NCBI GenBank assembly: GCA_964614415.1
Contig: CAZTLE010000002.1
Location: 4,027-68,026, forward strand
Length of the DNA stretch: 64,000 nt
From: an uncultured Aureitalea sp.
GTDB taxonomy: Bacteria; Bacteroidota; Bacteroidia; Flavobacteriales; Flavobacteriaceae
Direction of reading: 5' to 3'
The position numbers and the translations under genes are program-made. Under the pieces are notes generated by a model, which was not told where the DNA came from, made no database searches, and saw only the letters and a list, made by a program, of their open reading frames with translations. Of the stretch, positions 9,343 to 17,236 are shown piece by piece (the stretch's first letter is position 1; every line of letters starts with the position of its first letter).

Positions 9343-11649
9343 ATGAAATTCATCAAATTTCTCTCCCTTACCGTGGTCTTTCTGGCTGCGGGAATGACAT
9401 ATGCTCAGGAGGATACGGAAAAAGAAGAACGTAAGCCTGGCCATTACAACGAAAATCGCTTCAAGCAATTGTATGAAGAATTCTCTACTCCCAATGTGTA
9501 TCGTTCCCCGAATGGAGCACCCGGGCCGGAGTACTATCAGCAACAGGCTGACTACGTGATGAATCTTACCCTGGACGACGAGAATGCTCGTTTGTATGGA
9601 GATGAGACCATTACCTACACAAACAATTCACCCGATGAACTGGAATACCTGTGGGTGCAGTTGGATCAAAATGTTCGTGCGCGTGATTCCAAATCTCCTT
9701 TAATCGAGCCAAGCGGAGCGGCACCTGCCGAACTTGCCGGTAGCTTTGTGAATAAGTACATGGGAGAAGGATTTGACGGCGGTTTTAAGATCGACCATGT
9801 AAAAGACGCCAACGGACGCAATCTTCCGCATACGATCAATCGCACAATGATGCGGGTTGAGATGCCAAAGAACTTAAAGACTGGTGAGAAATTTACATTT
9901 TCCATCAAGTGGTGGTACAATATTCCCGAGCATACTGTAGATCGTGCCCGTAGCGGATTTGAGACTTTTGAAGATGGTAACCGCGGTTATGTGATCGCTC
10001 AGTTCTATCCCAGAATGGCGGTTTACAGCGACATTGAAGGTTGGCAGAACAGCCAGTTTTGGGGGCGTGATGAATTTGCCCTTCCTTTTGGAAACTTCGA
10101 CGTAAACATTACGGTACCTTCCGATCACGTTTTGGATGCTACCGGATTACTTCTGAATCGCAAAGAAGTGTTCTCAAGGGACATGATGAAGCGTTTCAAC
10201 GATGCTAAGAAATCATATACGGAACCTGTTCAGATCGTTACTGAAGCCGAGGCTGAAGCAGCGTCAAAAGGTTTTGCAAAAACAACAAAAACCTGGAAGT
10301 TCCGTGCCGAGAATGTTCGCGATTACGGTTTCGCTACTTCCCGAAGGTATATGTGGGACATGATGGCAGTGAAGCTTGGAAGCGGAGATGTGATGGCTGT
10401 TTCGGTATACCCTCCCGAAGGAAATCCACTATGGGAAGACTGGTCTACCAAGGTGGTGGCAAGTACGTTGAAAACATATTCCCGTATGGCATTTGACTAC
10501 CCGTACCACAAGGCTATTTCCGTTCATGCCCGTAACCAGGGTATGGAGTATCCTATGATCTGCTGGAACTACGGTCGTCCTGACAAGGATGGGAATTTCA
10601 GTGATCGAACCAAGTATGGAATGATGAGTGTGATCATCCATGAGGTAGGTCACAACTACTACCCAATGATCGTTAACAGCGATGAGCGCCAATGGACATG
10701 GATGGATGAAGGAATCAACACCTTCGTACAGTATGTGGCCGAGCAGGATTTCGGTGAAGCCTATCCGGATGCTATCGCTCCAAACAAGAAATATCCTTCC
10801 CGTCGTGGGCCTGCCAAGAGTATTGTAGACTACATGGCCGGAAATCAGGATCGTATGGCTCCTATTATGACCAAAGGTTTGAATACCTACAGTTTTGGGT
10901 CTAATGCCTATTCCAAGCCTGCCGTAGGACTTAACATTCTTCGTGAGACTATCATGGGACGCGAGTTGTTCGATTATGCGTTCAGAACGTACTCACAGCG
11001 ATGGATGTTTAAGCACCCTACCCCGGAAGATTTCTTCCGAACGATGGAAGATGCATCCGCAGTTGATCTCGACTGGTTCTGGAGAGCGTGGTTCTATACA
11101 ACCGATTATACCGACATCGGAGTAACCGAGGTGAAGAAGTACTACGTAACTTCCAAAATGAACAAACAGATCCGAGAAATGATCGCAGCACGCGGTATTA
11201 GCGAAAGTGATTTACCACCATTGGTATACCTCGTTGAAGAGGATAGTGAAGATTTTGAAGAGAGTATGCGAAATGCAACATTGGATGACGTAAGCACACT
11301 TCAGGAATACATTATGGATAATGTGGATGAGGCCGATCGTGCCAATCTGAAAAGTCCAAAATACTTCTACCAGGTTACCTTTGAGAAGCCCGGTGGAATT
11401 CCAATGCCTATCATCGCAGAGTACACCTACAGCGATGGTACCACAAAACGCGAGACCTATCCTGCACAGATTTGGAGAAAAGATGATCAGTCGGTTGGAA
11501 AGGTTATTGCTTCCGACAAGGAGATCACCAAGATCGTGGTTGATCCGGATGAGGAAACAGCCGATATTGACACTTCAAACAACAGCTGGCCGAAGCGCAA
11601 GAAGTTGGGTGAGTTCAATGAATTCAAGAATAAAGTAAAAGGACAATAA
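9343..11649 (+). CDS. M1 family metallopeptidase (aminopeptidase N-like), secreted
   Basis: HEVGHNYYPMIVNSDERQWTWMDEG fits HExxH-x18-E. Signal peptide. 768 aa. Confidence 0.85.
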   Translation: MKFIKFLSLTVVFLAAGMTYAQEDTEKEERKPGHYNENRFKQLYEEFSTPNVYRSPNGAPGPEYYQQQADYVMNLTLDDENARLYGDETITYTNNSPDELEYLWVQLDQNVRARDSKSPLIEPSGAAPAELAGSFVNKYMGEGFDGGFKIDHVKDANGRNLPHTINRTMMRVEMPKNLKTGEKFTFSIKWWYNIPEHTVDRARSGFETFEDGNRGYVIAQFYPRMAVYSDIEGWQNSQFWGRDEFALPFGNFDVNITVPSDHVLDATGLLLNRKEVFSRDMMKRFNDAKKSYTEPVQIVTEAEAEAASKGFAKTTKTWKFRAENVRDYGFATSRRYMWDMMAVKLGSGDVMAVSVYPPEGNPLWEDWSTKVVASTLKTYSRMAFDYPYHKAISVHARNQGMEYPMICWNYGRPDKDGNFSDRTKYGMMSVIIHEVGHNYYPMIVNSDERQWTWMDEGINTFVQYVAEQDFGEAYPDAIAPNKKYPSRRGPAKSIVDYMAGNQDRMAPIMTKGLNTYSFGSNAYSKPAVGLNILRETIMGRELFDYAFRTYSQRWMFKHPTPEDFFRTMEDASAVDLDWFWRAWFYTTDYTDIGVTEVKKYYVTSKMNKQIREMIAARGISESDLPPLVYLVEEDSEDFEESMRNATLDDVSTLQEYIMDNVDEADRANLKSPKYFYQVTFEKPGGIPMPIIAEYTYSDGTTKRETYPAQIWRKDDQSVGKVIASDKEITKIVVDPDEETADIDTSNNSWPKRKKLGEFNEFKNKVKGQ

Positions 11650-11672
11650 CAAGTCCCTTGAAGATAAGAAAG

Positions 11673-11705
11673 ATCCCGCTTTGATTTTTCAGAGCGGGAT
11701 TTTTT
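11673..11705 (+). terminator. Rho-independent terminator after the M1 peptidase gene
   Basis: Stem atcccgct (11673-11680) pairs with agcgggat (11693-11700), followed by ttttt. Confidence 0.8.
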
Positions 11706-11725
11706 AAACACTTACTTAGGAAATT

Positions 11726-11828
11726 CCACCCTTCGGCATGCTCAGGGTAAAAAATCCAAATCTCAAACCTGTCTGCGGCAGGCAGGCCTCATCCCTCAAA
11801 CCTCAAACCTCATCCCTCACATCTAAAC
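11726..11828. repeat. Composite element: inverted type-B hairpin, type-A hairpin, and CCTCAnn heptads x6
   Basis: ccacccttcggcatgctcagggt at 11726-11748. acctgtctgcggcaggcaggc at 11767-11787. cctcatc cctcaaa cctcaaa cctcatc cctcaca tctaaac at 11787-11828. Confidence 0.8.
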
Positions 11829-11851
11829 AATAAACCTTGTATATTTGTAAT

Positions 11852-12139
11852 ATGACGGCGCAAGTTCATTTTCTTTTCATTAGTACACCGGAGATCATGG
11901 TGATCCTGGTGGTTGCGCTTATGATCTTCGGCTCTGATCGTATTCCGGAGATTGCACGGGGTTTGGGTAAGGGAATGCGTCAAATCAAAGATGCGACCAA
12001 CGATATCAAATCGGAGATTACCAAGAGTGCCGAAAAGCAGGGGATTGACGTAGACCTGACCAAGGATGTTCGCAAGGAGATCGACAAAGTGAAAGAGGAG
12101 GTCGAAGACGTTACCGGTTCGATTAAACGCAAACTCTAA
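11852..12139 (+). CDS. tatA: twin-arginine translocase TatA/TatE family subunit
   Basis: N-terminal TM followed by FGSDRIPEIARGLGKGMRQIKDATNDIKSEI, a classic TatA amphipathic region. Confidence 0.85.
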   Translation: MTAQVHFLFISTPEIMVILVVALMIFGSDRIPEIARGLGKGMRQIKDATNDIKSEITKSAEKQGIDVDLTKDVRKEIDKVKEEVEDVTGSIKRKL

Positions 12140-12709
12140 ATGGTTTCGACCTTGAAAGAATGGGATCGGGAGTTGCTTATCTACCTGAACAATCTCGGGA
12201 CCGAATCTTTTGATGACTTTTGGCTTTTTGTGACCCGAATTAAAAGCTGGATTCCCCTTTTTGCATTACTGCTTGTAGTCATCTTCTTTCTTCTTAAGAA
12301 CCGAAAGCACGGCAGTATCGTCACGTTAACGACCGTATTTCTGTTTGGAGTAAGTTTCGGTATTATGGAAGCAACCAAAGCGCTGGTAGAACGCATGCGC
12401 CCCAACAATATTCCTGACCTTGCCGAACAGCTTCGGATTCTTCAATTTCCAGCCGATTACAGCTTCTTTTCAGGCCATGCGATATCCGGCTTTGTGGTAA
12501 CTACTTTCTTAGTGATGGTCCTTCGGAGACGCTCGCAGCTAATCCACTTGCTATGGGTATGGCCGTTGTTGTTTTCTTTTAGCAGGTTGTATGTAGGGGT
12601 TCATTTTCCCAGCGATATTCTTGTAGGGGCTTTGCTGGGTGTCTTCTTTGCCTGGATAGGATATCGTTTGCTTGGAAGAAGATATCCTGAGATTCTGGGA
12701 AACGCCTGA
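12140..12709 (+). CDS. PAP2 superfamily phosphatase
   Basis: The three PAP2 motifs are present: ERMRPNN, FFSGHA and SRLYVGVHFPSD. Confidence 0.8.
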   Translation: MVSTLKEWDRELLIYLNNLGTESFDDFWLFVTRIKSWIPLFALLLVVIFFLLKNRKHGSIVTLTTVFLFGVSFGIMEATKALVERMRPNNIPDLAEQLRILQFPADYSFFSGHAISGFVVTTFLVMVLRRRSQLIHLLWVWPLLFSFSRLYVGVHFPSDILVGALLGVFFAWIGYRLLGRRYPEILGNA

Positions 12710-12715
12710 AAAAAT

Positions 12716-12752
12716 GAATTCCCCCAAAGGCAGAATGCCAATGGAGGAATTC
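12716..12752. terminator. Hairpin between convergent genes (possible bidirectional terminator, no clear U-tract)
   Basis: gaattccccc (12716-12725) pairs with ggaggaattc (12743-12752) at 9 of 10 positions, with a 17 nt loop. Confidence 0.35.
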
Positions 12753-12771
12753 GGGCTGACTAAAGAAAATT

Positions 12772-13782
12772 TTAATTTCCGTACACTACGAATGTAAATG
12801 CACTGTCTCGAGCAGTACCGGAAGCATCCTGGATGCGAACGGTAAAAGTGTTGGCACTGGTGGTTTCGTATCCTGCGATTTCAGGAACACCAAATCCAAT
12901 AGTAAATGGAGTAATCGTTACTATGGTGTTAGCCGGGTTTGAGTCCAGATCCAATGTAACTTCATATACACCTGTAGCAGAGTTGTTCACAGAAGTAATT
13001 CCGTAACCGGTAGAAATACCACCTAAAGAATCAATACTTCCGTAAGCAATTGGCACAGAGTTTCCGTAGATTCGGTTGACTGCCGGAGAAGCTGTTGTTT
13101 GTGTGATTTCCATATACCCATCGGTCGTCGTGTTTCCTGTTGCCAGGTCGATAGACATGTTAGTGGTACCGCCTGCCATGAAAAGCACATCGTCACCTAC
13201 ATCGGCATATCCGATACCCCATCCCGGGAAACCAGGAGAGTGCTGAGCGATCATTTTGTCCGGATTGGTAGTTCCCGATCCGAATAGTAGTACCTGACTA
13301 CTTTCGCGACTGTGAAGAGCATAAGGTACACTACCCATGGCAGTTTCTCCTACGTCGGTTCCGTTAAGAGAAACCTGCAACCATGGGTCGATATCCAACC
13401 AGTTAACGGTGGCAAGGGAGTTAATACTACCAATCTGAGCGGAGAATACACCATTCATATCGGTGTTAAGAGCATGAGTTTCGTTGAATTGAGAAGCTCC
13501 ACCGGCTCCATTTCTGATCTCGAAATCAACGGTTATCGCTGAGTTTACGATAAGGTTACCGCCGGCATCGCGAGCGACTGCCTGATAGTTGATAAGCTCG
13601 GCAGCGGGTTGACGAGTGGCAGTAGTAGTAGACGGTCCATTTTGAACAGCTGTGTTTACCGTTGTCAGATCGGCATCACGCTGCTGGATATAATTGGAAT
13701 TGCCTACGCCTTCATTTTGAGCGAATCCGCCCACGAAGGTAAACAAGGTTATAAGGGTAATTAAAGATATTTTAGTTTTCAT
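12772..13782 (-). CDS. hypothetical secreted beta-rich protein
   Basis: Signal peptide MKTKISLITLITLFTFVGGFAQ. INYQAVARDAGGNLIVNSAITVDFEIRNG...NETHALNTDMNGVFSAQIG is a motif I associate with Bacteroidota surface or fibre-like proteins. No catalytic motif. Confidence 0.5.
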   Translation of the reverse strand: MKTKISLITLITLFTFVGGFAQNEGVGNSNYIQQRDADLTTVNTAVQNGPSTTTATRQPAAELINYQAVARDAGGNLIVNSAITVDFEIRNGAGGASQFNETHALNTDMNGVFSAQIGSINSLATVNWLDIDPWLQVSLNGTDVGETAMGSVPYALHSRESSQVLLFGSGTTNPDKMIAQHSPGFPGWGIGYADVGDDVLFMAGGTTNMSIDLATGNTTTDGYMEITQTTASPAVNRIYGNSVPIAYGSIDSLGGISTGYGITSVNNSATGVYEVTLDLDSNPANTIVTITPFTIGFGVPEIAGYETTSANTFTVRIQDASGTARDSAFTFVVYGN

Positions 13783-13793
13783 AATGCTAGTTT

Positions 13794-14288
13794 TTACTTT
13801 TTGATGATTTTAAATGTTTTGGATGATGAGGTACTCAGTCGAACAACTTTCAACATGTAAATACCTGCGCTGAACGGACTAAAATTGATCATCTCGTTCG
13901 TGGAGCTGTTATTGAGCTCTTTGTGCATTACGGCTCTTCCATTGACGTCGTAAAGCATAATTTCGAAATCTTCTCCTGCGAGGTCCTCGAATGTAATATT
14001 CAGGAAATCGCTTACAGGGTTAGGATAGACAGTTGCTGAAGCATCGATGCCAAAGTCATCTGCGCTTAGAATCGCACCTTCTATGGCTCCTAACCAAAAG
14101 CCCTGTCCTAAGGACTCGCCGTTATCTATGTTTCCGATAACAGGTTCACCTACGGTAAAGCTTAATGTATTACCGCCTCCACTAATAGTTGCGCCCGAGT
14201 TGCCTATAACCGTTTGGCCGAGACTTTGGGCGAACCCTGCTGAAAACGAGAAGAAAGCAATGAGAACAAATAGAATTGTTTTTTTCAT
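13794..14288 (-). CDS. T9SS C-terminal sorting domain protein (small cargo)
   Basis: Signal peptide plus C-terminal VYPNPVSDFLNITF...YDVNGRAV...GIYMLKV...KIIKK, typical of the type A Por secretion tail. Confidence 0.75.
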   Translation of the reverse strand: MKKTILFVLIAFFSFSAGFAQSLGQTVIGNSGATISGGGNTLSFTVGEPVIGNIDNGESLGQGFWLGAIEGAILSADDFGIDASATVYPNPVSDFLNITFEDLAGEDFEIMLYDVNGRAVMHKELNNSSTNEMINFSPFSAGIYMLKVVRLSTSSSKTFKIIKK

Positions 14289-14449
14289 AGTTTCTGGTTT
14301 AAATGATTAATGATTTTTGCTAGTTTTTTCATAGGCATGTTGTTTTGATACTTATGTTGTAATTGTTGGATACAAAGTTGTTGATGTCACGCCTTCCAAT
14401 CAAGAGTCAAATGGTTGAAAATCAGTCCGTCAAATTCTCTTTAATCGTC

Positions 14450-14566
14450 GGAGTAATGCCCTTTTCAACTATTGGGGATAACCCGTAATTGTTTTGGGGT
14501 ATTTTCCCCATGACAATTAGGATAAATCCCTTTTCTATTAGTGGTAATTCCCTCTTTTTGGTTAAC
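14450..14566. repeat. Five contiguous ~23 bp direct repeats, consensus GGnnTAAnnCCCnTTTT...
   Basis: Units start at 14450, 14474, 14496, 14520 and 14543: GGAGTAATGCCCTTTTCAACTATT / GGGGATAACCCGTAATTGTTTT / GGGGTATTTTCCCCATGACAATTA / GGATAAATCCCTTTTCTATTAGT / GGTAATTCCCTCTTTTTGGTTAAC. Confidence 0.7.
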
Positions 14567-14601
14567 ACAATTTAGCGTAAATTATTGATTTTTAAGGTAT
14601 T

Positions 14602-14631
14602 GTATGTAACAATATGTAGGTCGTATGTAAC
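14602..14631 (+). promoter_or_regulatory. Direct repeat GTATGTAAC x2 spaced 21 bp, candidate regulator binding site
   Basis: gtatgtaac at 14602-14610 and 14623-14631, 60-90 bp upstream of the ATG at 14692. A near -7 box TACTTTTA lies at 14662-14669. Confidence 0.35.
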
Positions 14632-14691
14632 TGTCCGGCATTCTTAACCAATTTTTATATCTACTTTTACGTAAACCTTAAACTAGACGTC

Positions 14692-15180
14692 ATGAAAACA
14701 ACTAACAAGTCAATCTTATTTATTCTGGTGGTAGCTCTGAGTGTTCTCAGCTTCGCATCTTGCGAAGTCAAACCGGAACCGCCGGCACAGGTATTGAGTC
14801 CTGAAGAGGCCAACCGACTTGAAGAGGAGTACGAATCCACTCGCTGGGAGATAATCAACGCAGCTTTGGATATTCGCGACACTCGTGAGTTTTGGTTCTC
14901 ACTGGATTCACTGAAGAAATACATTGAATATGTGGAGTACGAGGCCGAAAAAAGAGGAAGGTCCAATTTGGGTATCCGTGTATATTTTGCGGCCTATCCT
15001 GACGATAGCAACTACCCCCAACCGGGATTTTCTACCGTCTTCATGGTGCCTACGGCAAGGGCAGAGAGTTCTGGCCTGCAACGAGGATTTTTCCCGATGC
15101 AAGAAGGGAACGAGAACTTAGACAGTATTCCCGCCTTTAACTATGGTCATGGCGGACAGCCCCCGAATGATTATGAATAG
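14692..15180 (+). CDS. hypothetical lipoprotein
   Basis: Lipobox LSFASC after a signal peptide. No recognisable catalytic motif. Confidence 0.6.
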   Translation: MKTTNKSILFILVVALSVLSFASCEVKPEPPAQVLSPEEANRLEEEYESTRWEIINAALDIRDTREFWFSLDSLKKYIEYVEYEAEKRGRSNLGIRVYFAAYPDDSNYPQPGFSTVFMVPTARAESSGLQRGFFPMQEGNENLDSIPAFNYGHGGQPPNDYE

Positions 15181-15222
15181 AACCTGACCGAGAGCTAAGC
15201 ATTAAGAAGTACCATAGAGAAT

Positions 15223-15864
15223 ATGGAAATACAAATATTACCTTTTGTAGTGACCTTGTTGGAATTACTGGCAGCTATTTTTGCGCTGGTCCATTATGAC
15301 AAGTATAAAGGTTCTAAGGAGGGTATTTTTCTATATTTTCTATGGTACACTTTCTTACTGGATGTGACGGGAGCTGTGCTGGGCTATGGTTTTGAACAAA
15401 ACAATATTTGGTTGTACAACGCTTACACCATTACGAGCTTTTCGTTCTATTTCTATTGGTACAGTACGATCCTTGAACGAAAAGGACCAAAAATTGCTAT
15501 TCCCATTTTTGTAGCGGTTTTCGTTATTGTAGCCGTGGCCAGCCTGTTCGTTCAGAAATGGTTGGAGTATCACTCGTATACCTTTGCTACCGGGGCGTTA
15601 TTCGTTCTGGTACTCACAGTGATCCACTTCTATCAATTACTACGCAGTGATGAGGTACTCAATATAAAACACAAACTTAGCTTCTGGATTTCTACCGGCT
15701 TATTACTGTTTTATATGGGGATGATCCCCTTGATGCTTTTGTCCAAATATTTAGGTTTTGGAGGAGGTAGTTACTATATTATACTGGTGAGCCTTAATGC
15801 CATCTTGTATGGCTGCTATATCATTGGTTTCGTATGGACGAAAAAGAAGTACAATCGTTTCTGA
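15223..15864 (+). CDS. hypothetical polytopic membrane protein (about 6 TM)
   Basis: 213 aa, hydrophobic and aromatic rich. Its 3' end overlaps the histidine kinase start by 31 nt. Confidence 0.6.
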   Translation: MEIQILPFVVTLLELLAAIFALVHYDKYKGSKEGIFLYFLWYTFLLDVTGAVLGYGFEQNNIWLYNAYTITSFSFYFYWYSTILERKGPKIAIPIFVAVFVIVAVASLFVQKWLEYHSYTFATGALFVLVLTVIHFYQLLRSDEVLNIKHKLSFWISTGLLLFYMGMIPLMLLSKYLGFGGGSYYIILVSLNAILYGCYIIGFVWTKKKYNRF

Positions 15865-16601
15865 TCATCTTTTCGGTGGTGGCCTTTTTCCTGGCTCTGA
15901 CCGTAATCTTGCTCTTCTCGATTTTTCAGAAACGAAAGAATAAACTGCTTAGGGAACAGGAGAACGCGAAGAACCGTTTTCGCCAGGAACTTATTGAATC
16001 CCAGGTGGAGATCCGTGAAGAAACCTTGCGCAACATTAGTTGGGAATTGCACGATAACATAGGTCAGTTGTTAACCTTAGCCAAAATTCAATTACAAAAT
16101 GCCGGGGATCCCGGTCAGATAGAGGAAGCGGCAGATACCATAGGGACCAGCCTTGATGAACTTAGAAGTCTGTCCAAGCTCATTAATCCCGATATTTTAG
16201 CCAATTTATCGTTGGTAGAGGCCCTACAGTTGGAAATAGAGCGTTTCAATCGCATGAAATACCTTGATGCCACTTTGATGTGCTCCAACTGCGATTTTGA
16301 AATGGATAATAAGGTGGAGATCATTATCTTTAGGATATTGCAGGAGTTCTTTACCAATACGGCAAAGCATTCAAAAGCTTCAAAGCTGTCGGTAGAACTG
16401 TACAATGACGGGGAGATATTGCGCATCGAAGCCAGAGATAATGGTATTGGGTTTGACCCCGAGAGCGTGGAGCCTAAGAAAGGTATTGGACTAAGCAACA
16501 TTCTCAACAGGGCGGAGCTTATCCATGCCGATGTAGAAATTAAGTCAAAAAAAGGAGAAGGTACGCAGTTGAGCCTTTCCTATAAACTAAACGCGTCATG
16601 A
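15834..16601 (+). CDS. sensor histidine kinase, HisKA_3/NarX-type, single TM and no extracytoplasmic domain
   Basis: One N-terminal TM, a coiled segment, H-box WELHDNIGQLL, then HATPase_c (DNGIGF, GIGLSNI, GEGT). Confidence 0.85.
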   Translation: MDEKEVQSFLIIFSVVAFFLALTVILLFSIFQKRKNKLLREQENAKNRFRQELIESQVEIREETLRNISWELHDNIGQLLTLAKIQLQNAGDPGQIEEAADTIGTSLDELRSLSKLINPDILANLSLVEALQLEIERFNRMKYLDATLMCSNCDFEMDNKVEIIIFRILQEFFTNTAKHSKASKLSVELYNDGEILRIEARDNGIGFDPESVEPKKGIGLSNILNRAELIHADVEIKSKKGEGTQLSLSYKLNAS

Positions 16602-17236
16602 AGTATTCAGTAGTGGTTGTTGATGATCATATACTCCTTTCACAAGCCATTGGAGGGCTGGTAGAAGGGTTTGAACAATTCAAAGTGCTGTATACCTGTA
16701 AAAACGGACAGGAACTCATTCAAATGTTTGAAAACCCCAAGAACGTGCCGGATATCGTCCTTATGGATGTAAATATGCCCATACTTAACGGGATTGAGAC
16801 CACAGCGCATCTCACGGAGCATTTTCCCGATGTAAAAGTGCTGGCCCTGTCCATAGAAGAGGATGAGACCACCATTCTAAAGATGCTGCGTGCCGGAGCC
16901 AAGGGATACCTTATGAAAGACGTCAAGAAGACCGAATTGTATGACGCGCTGCTCGAAGTGCTGAAGCGTGGATATTACCATACCAATACGGTCGCGAAAG
17001 TACTGGTCGATTCCCTTGGAAAAAAGGAAGATTCCGTTGCGTCGCTGAAGGAACGTGAAATCGAATTTATTAAGCATGCCTGCACTGAAATGACCTACAA
17101 AGAGATCGCCGATGTCATGTGTCTTAGTCCCAAGACCATCGAAGGGTATCGCAATGCACTGTTCGAAAAGCTAAACCTTCGGAATCGAACAGGTCTGGTG
17201 ATCTACGCCATTAAAAATAAAATATTTGTACCCTAG
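16598..17236 (+). CDS. response regulator transcription factor, NarL/LuxR family
   Basis: REC domain (VVVVDDH, DVNMP) plus C-terminal LuxR HTH (TYKEIADVMCLSPKTIEGYR). ATGA overlap with the kinase gene. Confidence 0.9.
   Translation: MKYSVVVVDDHILLSQAIGGLVEGFEQFKVLYTCKNGQELIQMFENPKNVPDIVLMDVNMPILNGIETTAHLTEHFPDVKVLALSIEEDETTILKMLRAGAKGYLMKDVKKTELYDALLEVLKRGYYHTNTVAKVLVDSLGKKEDSVASLKEREIEFIKHACTEMTYKEIADVMCLSPKTIEGYRNALFEKLNLRNRTGLVIYAIKNKIFVP

Noticed and set aside
11840-11847. TATATTTG matching the TAnnTTTG -7 box just before tatA
   Set aside because: It ends only 4 nt before the best tatA ATG (11852). A transcript starting about 7 nt downstream would lack the start codon, so this is probably coincidental.
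14450-14566. Possible CRISPR array (also considered for the heptad arrays)
   Set aside because: The repeats are contiguous with no spacers, the units are degenerate and only about 23 bp (or 7 bp), and there are no cas genes in the window.
15834-15864. Frameshifted pseudogene joining the 6TM ORF and the histidine kinase
   Set aside because: Both ORFs look complete. The upstream one ends after a TM helix with a basic tail, and the kinase begins with ATG and its own TM helix. A 31 nt overlap is compatible with coupling. I kept it only as an alternative inside the module finding.
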